Assembly (NCBI GenBank): GCA_965602675.1 | Contig: CBFCZO010000005.1 | Coordinates: 2,524 to 66,523 of the forward strand | Direction: 5' to 3' | DNA length: 64,000 nucleotides | DNA from: an uncultured bacterium | GTDB lineage: Bacteria; Acidobacteriota; DATKUA01 | Shown here: in pieces, positions 8,734 through 19,000 of the stretch | Layout: every line of letters begins with the position of its first letter | Position numbering within the stretch: position 1 is the stretch's first letter | The notes under the pieces: generated by a model | What the model was told of the DNA's origin: nothing | Databases searched by the model: none | The model's input: the letters and a program-made list of their open reading frames with translations, nothing else | Translations under genes and position numbers: made by a program

Positions 8734-9747
8734 ATGAGCTGGGGCGTAGAACTTCTCTACTGGTGCAATACGGCGCTTCTGGGCCTGCTGGGGGTGGCTG
8801 TTCTGGTATCGCGCCGATGGAGGCACATTAGATGGTTTCCGTTCTACGCCCTGGTTATACTCCTCCTCTCGGTAGTATACCTCGTCTGGCAGTACACGCC
8901 GGAATTCAGCGTGATGAAACGCCTCGTAGGCGAGCTACTGGCTCTGGGCGTGGTGGTTGAAGTTCTGCGTAAAGAGGCCGACCGTAGGCCCCTTTGGCCC
9001 TGGCTGGCCCTGATATCGCTCACTTTCGTCCCCTTCCTGCCTTTAGATCCTTACACGCGTTTTTACCTACCCCAGGAGGTCTTTGCCATCGGCCTGGCGC
9101 TGGAGTTGCCTACCGCTCTCCGCTCTCGCAGCGCGCCGCTGCTCGCCTGGTCGGTGATCGGGATTGCCACAGTCACAAGCGACTCCATCAAATTGATAAG
9201 CCCGACGCTTGAGGTACAGCAGGTCATACGGGTGCTGGATCCGATAGTGTTTTCTGTCTTTGTAGGAATTCTGATCGCAGGATTTCTCTGGCCGGAGATT
9301 GAAAAGCTCGTGAGATCGGTGCAGAGGATTGTCCTCGGCAGAAAGCGTAAGCTGCTAAAGCTTCCCTTGCGTGAGAGCCTCGCAACTGCGGAATCCCCTA
9401 CGCGGGAGATGGGGCGTGTTGTCTCCTTCCCCGATCAGCGAAGCGCCGCCGTGACTGCATGGGTGCCTGCGTCCTCGGAGACGCCCGGTCGCAGATTGCA
9501 GGTGGAATCGCTATCCAGAAAGCTGGAGGCATTGGCTCACGCCATCGAGGTTTCCAGCAGGCTGTCGCTGAGCCTCAAAAAACCCTTTCTGTCCCCTCAG
9601 GATCTTGCCATGTATCTCGGTGTCGAAGAGGAAACGGCCCGCAAGTTCGTAGCGCAGCGGGAGCTGGTAAAGGTCCAGCTGACTGACGATCCAAGTGAGT
9701 GGGTTGTTTTTCGAGCGGACGTCGACGAGAAACTGGGCGATTCCTGA
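8734..9747 (+). CDS. Predicted 7-TM membrane protein fused to a C-terminal Xis/HTH_17-like DNA-binding domain (paralog B)
   Basis: Ungapped alignment to paralog A over the TM domain (hand count 118/186 identical). C-terminus FLSPQDLAMYLGVEEETARKFV...WVVFRADVD. Confidence 0.75.
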   Translation: MSWGVELLYWCNTALLGLLGVAVLVSRRWRHIRWFPFYALVILLLSVVYLVWQYTPEFSVMKRLVGELLALGVVVEVLRKEADRRPLWPWLALISLTFVPFLPLDPYTRFYLPQEVFAIGLALELPTALRSRSAPLLAWSVIGIATVTSDSIKLISPTLEVQQVIRVLDPIVFSVFVGILIAGFLWPEIEKLVRSVQRIVLGRKRKLLKLPLRESLATAESPTREMGRVVSFPDQRSAAVTAWVPASSETPGRRLQVESLSRKLEALAHAIEVSSRLSLSLKKPFLSPQDLAMYLGVEEETARKFVAQRELVKVQLTDDPSEWVVFRADVDEKLGDS

Positions 9748-9778
9748 TCGACCGGGCGAATCCACTTCCCGGAGTAAT

Positions 9779-10537
9779 TTATTTTTTTCTCATGAAAGGG
9801 CTGACCGACGAACCCTCGCCTCCGCCGCGGTTGCTCGCTGCAACCATCGTCAGCCAGATAATCCCTATCAGCAGGCCTACCAGCACTATCCAACGAAAAG
9901 CGTCCCAGAGCCAATCGAGAATTATTTGGGGATCGGTTATTTGCACGGTGCCCAGCGCACTTTCAGCTACGGACAGGAAGCGGTTGAATTCTCTCTCTTT
10001 CGCCGTGTAAGTGACCGCATACAAGTAGTCTGTGCCGGGAATTAGAAACTGGAGCATTTTAATATTGACTGTGCGCCAGCGGAAGATTCCGGTAAGGCGC
10101 ACTGCCTGCAATCCGCCGATCTCCGATTTCTCTAACGTCAACAGCTTGAAGCGGCTGTCCATCTCTTCGGAATAGACCGACTCGATCTGCCGCCGCAGGT
10201 TATCGACATCTTCCTCTGAGAGCGTCAGGCCGCCGGAATCCGCTTTCAAGACGTAAACCAGCGGGGTGATGTCCTTTGCCTCCACAGCGTTGATTGTTAA
10301 AATTGTGGTCCTTTCGGGATCGACACCAACTATCCTCAGATCGCCTTTGTCGAGTCTTAGGAGAGTTTCCCTTATATTTTCCGGAGAAACTACCTGCCAG
10401 CCCGGCGGTATTTCTATGGATACGTTTCCTTCCGAATCAGACACTCTCTCAGCGAGGGCAGCGGTTGCCGCCGCGTGAAGGGTACAAAGGCCCGCAAACA
10501 GGATCAGCAATATTTGTCCGCTGGATGGCTTGGACAT
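9779..10537 (-). CDS. Exported PsbP/DcrB-like protein with C-terminal TM anchor
   Basis: Signal peptide, VSIEIPPGWQ, YLYAVTYTA..EF.RFL and a C-terminal hydrophobic helix. Confidence 0.6.
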   Translation of the reverse strand: MSKPSSGQILLILFAGLCTLHAAATAALAERVSDSEGNVSIEIPPGWQVVSPENIRETLLRLDKGDLRIVGVDPERTTILTINAVEAKDITPLVYVLKADSGGLTLSEEDVDNLRRQIESVYSEEMDSRFKLLTLEKSEIGGLQAVRLTGIFRWRTVNIKMLQFLIPGTDYLYAVTYTAKEREFNRFLSVAESALGTVQITDPQIILDWLWDAFRWIVLVGLLIGIIWLTMVAASNRGGGEGSSVSPFMRKK

Positions 10538-10587
10538 TGTCCCCCTGATTCTACATCAACTGTTACAATTTTAAACGATCTTGCCGC

Positions 10588-11526
10588 TCAAGGGTGCAAT
10601 TTGATTTCCTCTTTCTTTCTACCAAGCGACCGAGGCATGCCGCTTGCCCCCCTGGACACGAACAGAATGGCCAGCGTCAGCACGAATGGAATGATCAAGG
10701 CGAGTTCGTCGGGCATCGCCTGCCACCAGAGCTTGAGCCTGACCGCCGATGCCTCGGCGAAACCAAAGAAAAGGCATGCGGCCAGCACGGGCAACGGGCG
10801 CCATCGCCCGAAGATCACAGCTGCCAGTGCGATGAACCCGCGTCCAGCGCTCATCCTCTCAGTAAAAAAACCGACATCGCCAAGCGCAAGTTGGGCACCC
10901 GCCAATCCGGCCAGTGCACCGCTCATAAGCAGGCAGATGAATCTTGTCCCGGCAACGTTAATCCCACGGGCGGTTGCCACCGCGGGGTCCTCGCCTGCTG
11001 CGCGCACTCGCAAGCCGAACGGTGTGTTCCGTAGCAACCATGAGGTTGCCACGGCTGCCAGCAGGACGAACAAGAACAGCGGAGCCATTCCGGTGAAAAT
11101 AAAGTCAGAAAGCGGGCCCAGAACCGGGATTCCTGCTGCGGCGTTGAAATCGAACAACGGAAGAGTTGCCACCTGGACTGAGGATTTGCTTGTGAAGACT
11201 CCGAACACGATGAAGCCGGTGATACCTAGGGCTAGGATGTTGATTGCCGCGCCGCTGACAACGTGATCAGCGTCGAAAACCTGGCAGTTGATAAAGTGAG
11301 CAGTAGCGAGCGCGATGCCGCCGATTATCGCCAGCCCGCAGCCAATCCAGGGATCGCCGGTCCAGAACGTTGCCAGCACCGCGCAGAGCGCACCGAAGAG
11401 CATCTTTCCTTCGAGGGCGATGTTAACAATTCCGCTGCGTTCGCTGAACAGTCCACCGAGGGCAGCCAGGGCGAGGGGAGTGGCGCTCGCCAGGCCGATC
11501 TGGATGAAACCTGCCCAGTCCATCAC
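10588..11526 (-). CDS. Nucleoside/sugar ABC transporter permease (NupC/RnsD-like)
   Basis: SERSGIVNIALEG, TPFGLRVRAAGEDP and GRGFIALAAVIFGRW motifs. Confidence 0.92.
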   Translation of the reverse strand: MMDWAGFIQIGLASATPLALAALGGLFSERSGIVNIALEGKMLFGALCAVLATFWTGDPWIGCGLAIIGGIALATAHFINCQVFDADHVVSGAAINILALGITGFIVFGVFTSKSSVQVATLPLFDFNAAAGIPVLGPLSDFIFTGMAPLFLFVLLAAVATSWLLRNTPFGLRVRAAGEDPAVATARGINVAGTRFICLLMSGALAGLAGAQLALGDVGFFTERMSAGRGFIALAAVIFGRWRPLPVLAACLFFGFAEASAVRLKLWWQAMPDELALIIPFVLTLAILFVSRGASGMPRSLGRKKEEIKLHP

Positions 11527-12572
11527 GCTTTCCTCGACATCCGCGCAGCGATGGTCCGCCTTATCGGTCGTGCTGCCAGCAGCGCGAAGATAACGATTCC
11601 CTGGAACAGAAAGATGATGTCGGAGCTGATTTCCGCCTCAAACTGCAACAGCTTGGACGCGTTGCGCATCAAACCGAAAAGCAGCGCCGCCGCGACGACT
11701 CCTGCCGGATGATTCCGGCCCAGGAGCGCCACAGTGATACCGTCAAAACCATACCCGGGCGAGAACTGGCTGTAGAAGCTGCCGAACACGCCGCTGACCT
11801 CCGCCGCCCCTCCCAGGCCGGCCAGAGCTCCGGAAAGGCCGAACGTCAGTATCAGCGTGCCGCGCACATTAATGCCCGCCGCCGCCGCTGCTCCCTGATT
11901 CGCGCCGGCTGCACGCAGCTCGAAGCCGAAAGGCAATCGAAAGAGCAGCCAGTAAAGCAGCGCCGCCACGATCAGCGAGATGAAAAACGCGGCGTTGAAA
12001 TCGGTCGCTCCCACCGTATCAAGTGTCGGCCACCAGCCCCCCGGCTGGATCGGCGGAGTTTTCTCTGTAGAGGCTTCCGCGCGGAACGGTCCTCTCACCA
12101 GCCACATGCAGAGGTTGATGGCGATGTAGTTCATCATGATGCAGCCGATGACCTCATGCGCACCGCGATACAAACGAATGGCGATCGGAACCATCGCCCA
12201 GGCGTAACCTGCTGCTGCTGCCACGACCATCATCAACACGGCAGTCATCGGGCCGAGGTTGAGATAATGCCCAGCCAGCGCCGCCGCGAAGCCGCCGACG
12301 AAGAGTTGCCCCTCCCCGCCGATGTTGAACAGCCCCGCGCGGAAGGCCAGTGCAAGGCTGAGTCCTGAGAAGATCAGCGGCATGCTCGACATCAGCGTGC
12401 CGTAGACGCTCTCGAGATCCCCCAGCCCGCCGCAGATGAACAACGAGAGCACGGTAATCGGGTTGTGGCCGATCAAAGCCACGACAATGCTGAGCACAGC
12501 CGCGGCGAGCAGCACCGCGATTAGTGAGTCGATCAACGGTCCGCTTCGCAGCTGCTGCAGGATTCCCCTCAT
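11523..12572 (-). CDS. Nucleoside/sugar ABC transporter permease (NupB/RnsC-like)
   Basis: AFRAGLFNIGGEGQ, HEVI..IMMNY and GYGFDGITVALLG motifs. Confidence 0.92.
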   Translation of the reverse strand: MRGILQQLRSGPLIDSLIAVLLAAAVLSIVVALIGHNPITVLSLFICGGLGDLESVYGTLMSSMPLIFSGLSLALAFRAGLFNIGGEGQLFVGGFAAALAGHYLNLGPMTAVLMMVVAAAAGYAWAMVPIAIRLYRGAHEVIGCIMMNYIAINLCMWLVRGPFRAEASTEKTPPIQPGGWWPTLDTVGATDFNAAFFISLIVAALLYWLLFRLPFGFELRAAGANQGAAAAAGINVRGTLILTFGLSGALAGLGGAAEVSGVFGSFYSQFSPGYGFDGITVALLGRNHPAGVVAAALLFGLMRNASKLLQFEAEISSDIIFLFQGIVIFALLAARPIRRTIAARMSRKA

Positions 12573-14119
12573 GCCGCGCTCCCCCTTGTCATCAGGAGGC
12601 CGATTTTTCGTGCGTCGAGCTCGCTGCTTGCACCGGCGTCGATCAGCATTCCGGCAAACAGCACGGCGATGCGATGAGCGTAGGTGAGTAAGTCCTCAAG
12701 CTCGGTGCTGATCAGCAGCACCGCGTCGCCTTGTGATGCCAACTCGAGCATCCTCTCATAGCAACGGCGCGCCGCAACGACGTCGAGACCCCTGGTCGGG
12801 CCGTGGGCCACGATCAATCGCGGCTCGCGATCGAGCTCGCGCGCGAGCATAAGCTTCTGCTGGTTGCCACCGCTGAGCGACGCGAGCGATGCATCGGGAT
12901 CTCCCGCGTCGATGTGGTATTTCCCAACCTTGTCTTTCACATCCTCTCGCAGCAGATTCATTCTGTAGGAGCCGCGGCAGCGGAGGCGGGGCACTCGGTG
13001 GTCGCCAAGCAGCCGATTCAAAACGAGTGAGAAAGGCGGTATTACGCCGTCGGCGAAGCGGTCCTCGGGAATGTACACCACTCCCAGCTTCCTGCGGTCC
13101 TTTGCCCCGAGGCGGCTGACATCCCGGCCCGAGAGAAGAATTGATCCCGCTGCCGGCGGGTGAAGGCCGATGACCGCCTCGGCGAGTTCCTTTTGTCCGC
13201 TGCCGGTCACGCCGGCGATACCAAGGATTTCGCCGGGACGCAGGCGCAACGAGACTCCTGACAAGGTGGTCCTGCTCTCTTTGTCAGTGCAGTCGACACC
13301 CCTCAGTTCGACGACCGGCTCCGCCCGTTCATCGACGTTGGGAAGCTCGCGCTCTTTTACGGCCAGCAGATCCGCAGCCTCGGGCACGATGGCGCCGATC
13401 AGGCGCTCCTCGTTCATCTCCTCGCGTTCGAAACCGGCGGTGACAATGCCGCGCCGGAGAACAGTCACCATATCGGCGTGTTTAATGACTTCGCGTAGCC
13501 GATGGGTGATCAGGATGACTGTCCTGCCTTCGTCGGCGAGCCGCCGCAACAGGCGGTAAAGGTTCTCGATTTCCTGGGGCGCGAGCGTGGCTGTGGGCTC
13601 GTCGAAGATGAGTATTTCGGCGCCGGTGAAGAGCATGCGCGCGATTTCCACGAGCTGGCGTTCGGAGACCGAGAGTTCGGCAATCGGCCTGTTGGGGTCA
13701 ACTCCACCCCCCAGCTCAGCGAAGATCTCGTCGAGCCGCTGTAGCGCCTGACGCCTGTCGATTTGTATTCCCCTGACCGGCTCGCAGCCGAGAATGATAT
13801 TCTCCAGTGCCGGGAAAGCGGGTACCAGGCTGAAGTGCTGTTGAAGCATCCCGATTCCGAGGGCGATCGCCCTGCGGGCCGAGTGGCTTCCGGCGATCCT
13901 GTTGCCGTTGACTTCCAACTCTCCCGCGTCGGAATGCAGCAGCCCGAAGAGAACCTTCATCAGGGTAGTCTTGCCGGCGCCGTTCTCGCCGATCACCGCA
14001 TTGATGAACCCCTTGTATGCAGTGAAATCGACGCCGCGCAGGGCTTCTGTTTCACCAAAGCGCTTTCGGATTCCGGTCATCCTGACGACCGGCCGTGGTC
14101 CAGTTTCAGGCAGACTCAT
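12569..14119 (-). CDS. ABC transporter ATP-binding protein, double NBD (CUT2 type)
   Basis: Walker A GENGAGKTT, DEPT, LSGGNQQK and PTRGLD. Confidence 0.95.
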   Translation of the reverse strand: MSLPETGPRPVVRMTGIRKRFGETEALRGVDFTAYKGFINAVIGENGAGKTTLMKVLFGLLHSDAGELEVNGNRIAGSHSARRAIALGIGMLQQHFSLVPAFPALENIILGCEPVRGIQIDRRQALQRLDEIFAELGGGVDPNRPIAELSVSERQLVEIARMLFTGAEILIFDEPTATLAPQEIENLYRLLRRLADEGRTVILITHRLREVIKHADMVTVLRRGIVTAGFEREEMNEERLIGAIVPEAADLLAVKERELPNVDERAEPVVELRGVDCTDKESRTTLSGVSLRLRPGEILGIAGVTGSGQKELAEAVIGLHPPAAGSILLSGRDVSRLGAKDRRKLGVVYIPEDRFADGVIPPFSLVLNRLLGDHRVPRLRCRGSYRMNLLREDVKDKVGKYHIDAGDPDASLASLSGGNQQKLMLARELDREPRLIVAHGPTRGLDVVAARRCYERMLELASQGDAVLLISTELEDLLTYAHRIAVLFAGMLIDAGASSELDARKIGLLMTRGSAA

Positions 14120-15162
14120 TGTGTCAGCAGCGATATGGGTTGAAAGGTGTCAACTTTCTTATAGCTCTGCGGCAGCTTGATTTCTTGCTCTATGATCAAC
14201 AGCCGTGCTTGTGCGATGGCGGCGTGGATTTCCTGCGGGATCAAGACCCTCGTATGGCGCATGTCGGTAAAAGAGAGTGCGTCCTCGGCGATGCCGATGG
14301 TGTGCATGCCTCCCTTGAACCTGCCTTCCAGCAGATCCTTGACTGCGTCATAGACGACGACGTCGATGCGCTTGAGCGCCGAGGTGAGCACCTTGCCCGG
14401 GACCTCGTCGTCCTGATCGAGGTCGACGCCGATCAGGAACGCCCGACGCCTGCTGTTGCGTACCGCTGTGATCGCTCCCAGGCCGGTGGCTCCCGAAAGC
14501 TGGAAGACTATGTCGCGGCCGTCATTGATCATTTGGCGCGTGATCAGGTTGCCCTTTTTGGGATCGTTGAAGCTGCCGGCGGTGAGGGAGCGGACGTCGG
14601 TATTAAAGTTCCAGGTGGCATCGGCGCAGAGCAACCCCGTGCGGAAGCCGATATCGAACGTCTCGACGCTGGGGATGTTCATCCCCTTGAGCACACCCAC
14701 TTTATGACTCTCGCTCATCCCTCCGGCAAGAATCCCGGCGAGGAAGCCGATCTCTTCGGAACGGAAGACGTATGAAGCGACGTTACTGCGATTCGGGATG
14801 TGGCCGTCGATGAATACGAAACGGCTTTCTGGGTAGCGGCCGCTGACGTCGGTCATCGCGTCGAGCAGCAGAAAGCCGTTGGCGACAGTCAGGTCGCTGT
14901 AACGCGCGCCGATGGAGAGATTCTTGACATAGTTGGCGGGGTCGGACGACTCGATCTTCTTGACCACGATCCCCAGTTCGCGCTTGGCGCATTGCATGCC
15001 GTTCCAGCAGATCTCGTTGAAGCCCTTGTCGCCGACGCCGGAGGTATCGGTTACCAGCGTAACCACGAGCTTGTCACCGTGTTGCGTCATCTCGCAACAG
15101 CCCGCAGCGGCAGCGAGCAGAGCAGCCACGCAGACGGCAAACGATAAACGAAGTGCCTTCAT
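14116..15162 (-). CDS. BMP-family ABC substrate-binding lipoprotein
   Basis: Lipobox-like AAGC; GVGDKGFN, GSFNDP.KG, IGVDLDQ and TSALKRID. Confidence 0.92.
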   Translation of the reverse strand: MKALRLSFAVCVAALLAAAAGCCEMTQHGDKLVVTLVTDTSGVGDKGFNEICWNGMQCAKRELGIVVKKIESSDPANYVKNLSIGARYSDLTVANGFLLLDAMTDVSGRYPESRFVFIDGHIPNRSNVASYVFRSEEIGFLAGILAGGMSESHKVGVLKGMNIPSVETFDIGFRTGLLCADATWNFNTDVRSLTAGSFNDPKKGNLITRQMINDGRDIVFQLSGATGLGAITAVRNSRRRAFLIGVDLDQDDEVPGKVLTSALKRIDVVVYDAVKDLLEGRFKGGMHTIGIAEDALSFTDMRHTRVLIPQEIHAAIAQARLLIIEQEIKLPQSYKKVDTFQPISLLTQ

Positions 15163-15219
15163 ATCCCCCGGTCACCGATTAGAATCTTATTTTAACAGAG
15201 GCTTTACAGAGATGTGCGA

Positions 15220-15705
15220 TCAATTGCGCACGGCTTCCTTGCCGCTCGTCTCTTCGATCTCGACGACGCCGATCGTGATATTGCGGATGCTTTCGGGAGC
15301 CAACTGCTCGGTGATTACCTTCTCCGGGTCGCTTTCCTGCTGACGGATCATCACCTCCAGCGCCGTTCGTTTCTCGTCTTCGTTTTCTGCGAACCTGGCC
15401 TTGCCGCCGAACATCACGCTGCGATAAGCGTGGTCACATTTGCCGTCGAGGTAACCAAGGTCCTCGAAAGCAACGCCCCAGACCCGCGGGTTGGCGCGCA
15501 GGATGTCGATTTTCCTGCCCTCGCGGGCGCAGTGGAAGTAGATCCGGCGTTGGGCCGGGTCATACCCGTGATTAAGCACGACAAGGTAAGGCTCGCCTTC
15601 GGCGCACATGGCCAGGGTGATATATCGCGCCGAGCCGAGGATGCGCTCCATCTCCGCCTCGTCACTTAACGCTTTGTCCTGCCGCCTCAAGTGGTATTTC
15701 TTCAT
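15220..15705 (-). CDS. Pyridoxamine 5'-phosphate oxidase family / NimA-like flavin-binding protein
   Basis: LRRQDK, PYLVVLNHG, IYFHCAREGRK..ILRANPRV and YRSV. Start placed at MKKYHL with an upstream GAAGG RBS. Confidence 0.88.
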   Translation of the reverse strand: MKKYHLRRQDKALSDEAEMERILGSARYITLAMCAEGEPYLVVLNHGYDPAQRRIYFHCAREGRKIDILRANPRVWGVAFEDLGYLDGKCDHAYRSVMFGGKARFAENEDEKRTALEVMIRQQESDPEKVITEQLAPESIRNITIGVVEIEETSGKEAVRN

Positions 15706-16034
15706 TTCACCTTCCCGGGATGATTTGCCGCTCCCAATCAATCTATCATCTATCGAATGATGGTTCTCCATCAAACCGCAGGGAGCACTGTCGAGGAAAA
15801 TATCATAATATTGATCGCGTAATCCCATGCAGGATTATACAAGGCAAAAATGATCATTCGCCCGAACAAGGGGTCTTGGATTCCGTATTGATTTATGGGT
15901 AAGGTGTCACCGCTTGAGCGAAAACCAAAAATTGACCGAAATCCTTGTAAACCTGATGGATGTCTTTCAGGACTAAATTAGTGAGAGTAGGGGGGCTATC
16001 TTCCCCGGACAATGTTAAAGGAGGGTTTCCACTT

Positions 16035-19000
16035 ATGAGAAAACTGTTGATAGCAGGGTTGGTGTGTCTATTCGTCTCGGCCCTTGCCGGCGCCGACGAA
16101 GCGCGCCTGCTGCGCTACCCGGATATCCACGGCGATCAGGTGGTCTTCGTCTACGCCGGCGACATCTGGACAGTTTCCGCCAACGGCGGAATTGCGCGCA
16201 AGCTCACAACCCATTCGGGAATGGAGGGCGGCCCGAAATTCTCGCCGGACGGCTCGAAAATTGCCTTCACGAGCGATTATGACGGCAACCAGGATGTGTT
16301 CGTCATCCCAGCGGTAGGCGGTGAGCCGTTGCGCGTCACTTACCATCCCGATCCCGATACAATTGTGGATTGGTATCCCGACGGCAAGTCGATACTGTTC
16401 CGCTCTATCAGGCTCACCCAATTGCAGATCCCTCGTTACAACCGCCTGTTCAAGGTTCCCGCGGAAGGCGGTTACGTCGAGGCGTTACCGCTGCCGACGG
16501 GCGAGTTGACCAGCTTCAATGCCGACGCCAGCAAGATCGCCTACAATCGCATGAGCCGCGAGACGCGCACCTGGAAGCGCTACCGCGGCGGCATGGCTCC
16601 CGACATCTGGATTTACGACTTCGCCGCGAACGAAATCGAGCAGATCACCGATTTCGACGGCAACGACGCCTTCCCGATGTGGAACGGCGACAAGATCTAT
16701 TTCGTTTCCGACCGCGGCCCCAACAGCGTGATGAACATCTACAGCTATGACCTCAACACGAAAGAGGTGAAGCAGATCACGCGCTACAACGAGTACGACG
16801 TACAGTTTCCGAGCCTCGGCACAGGCAAGATCGTCTACATGAACGGTGGCTGGCTCTACGTGCTCGACCTCGCGACCGAGCAAAGCAGCAAGCTCAACGT
16901 CGAGATCTACGACGACAAGATCCTCGCCCGCAAGACGATCGAAAACGTGCAGGGTTACATCCACAATTTCGACCTGTCACCAAGCGGTGTGCGTGCAGTA
17001 TTCGAAGCCCGAGGCGACATCTTCACCGTGCCGGCCAAGAAGGGCGACATCCGTAACTTGACCAAGACCCCCGGCGTCCGCGACCGCGTACCCGCGTGGA
17101 GCCCAGACGGCAAGTGGATCGCTTACTTCTCCGACGCCGGCGGCGAGTACGAGCTATATATCAGGACCGCCAACGGCAACGGCGAGGTGAAGCAGCTCAC
17201 AGAGGGCTCGGCTATCTGGTACGACGCGCCTGTCTGGAGCCCCGACAGCAAGAAAATCATGTTCTCCGACGTCGGCGTGAACCTTTACTACATCGATATC
17301 GAGACGAAGAAGGTTACCAAGGTCGCCCACGGTCAGAACGAGGCCACATCCAACTTCATCGGCGGCGTCTGGAGCCCCGACAGCAAATGGATTGCCTACG
17401 ACCTTTCCTCCTACAACGGATTCGACTCTATCTATCTCTACTCGCTGGATGAGAACAAGAGCCACAAGATTACGAGCGACATGACCGACGACACAGGACC
17501 CGTCTTCGATCCCGACGGCAAGTATCTCTACTGGATCGCCAACCGCGAGATCAATTTCGTCAGGGGTTACTTCGACGAAGACTACATCCTCGCCCGCGCC
17601 GGACGTGTGGTTGTGGCCACGCTGAAGGCCGATACGGCTTCGCCATTCCTGCCTGAAAGCGACGAGGAGAAGGTAAAGGAGGAGAAGAAGGAAGGCGAAG
17701 AGAAGAAGGACGAGGAGAAGAAAGCCGAAGGCGAGAAGAAAGCTGGCGAAGAAAAAGCTGAAGAGGAAAAAGCCCTCGAGATTGATATCGAGGGGATAGA
17801 GAATCGGATCATCGACATTCCGATGCCCGACGGCAACTATCTCGGCCTGGTGGCGGCCAGCGACAAGGTCTTCGTAGTCGAGCTGCCCTCTCTCGGCGGC
17901 TTCGGCCAGGGTTTCACACTGCATGTCTTCGACATGAAGAAGCGCGAAGTCAAGGAAGTCGTCAGCGGCATCCGGGGCGCCGCCTTTTCGTCCGACGGCA
18001 AGAAACTGCTCTACAGGCAGGGCTCGAATTACTTCAACGTCGACGCCGCCCCAGGTGTCAAACCCGGCGATGGCAGGCTGGATCTCTCCGGCTTGCAGAT
18101 GACGGTCGACCCCAAGGCCGAATGGAGACAGATCTTTAACGACGCCTGGCGCCAGGGACGCGACTGGTTCTACGATCCCAACTACCATGGCGTCGACTGG
18201 AACAAGATGAAGCAGCGCTACGGCCAGATGGTGCCCTACATCGCCCACCGCGACGACCTCAACTACCTGATCGGCGAGCTGATCGCAGAGCTCAACAGCT
18301 CTCACACCTACCGTGGCGGCGGCGACTACCCGGATGTAAGGCGAATCAACGTAGGCTTGCTCGGCTGCGACCTCGAACCGGACAAAGAAAGTGGATACTA
18401 CAAGATCACTAAGATATTCACCGGGCACAACTGGAATCCACAACGCCGCGGCCCATTGGCCCAACCCGGGCTGAAGGTGAAAGAGGGCGATTACCTGATC
18501 GCTGTCAACGGGGAGGAGCTGCGCTACCCCGCCAATCCGTACGCACCGTTCATCAATACCGTTGGTAGGGTGGTTAAGCTCAAAGTCAACACCGAGCCGA
18601 AGGCTGAAGGCGCCGTTGAGATTGAGGTCACGCCGGTCGGCAACGACCGCATGCACCGCTATCTCGACTGGATTGAGACCAACCGCCTCAAGGTTGAGGA
18701 AGCCACCAACGGCCGCGTCGGTTACATCCACCTGCCCGACACCGCGGGCGGAGGCATGGAGTTCTTCAACCGCATGCTCTACCCGCAGGTCCGCAAGGAG
18801 GCGTTGATAATCGATGTGCGCTACAACTCCGGCGGCTTCATCCCCAGCCTCTACATGCACCACCTCAGCCGCCAACTGCTCAGTGGGTGGGCGACGCGCT
18901 ACACCAACGGGTTCCTCACTCCGTTCGCCGCGCATTACGGGCCGAAGATCTGCATCGCCAACGGTTATGCCGGCTCCGGCGGCGACGCCTTCCCCTATTA

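Noticed and set aside
7186-9747. 7-TM proteins as microbial rhodopsins
   Set aside because: TM7 (RVLDP.VF) lacks the DxxxK retinal lysine, and no rhodopsin helix C motif is visible.
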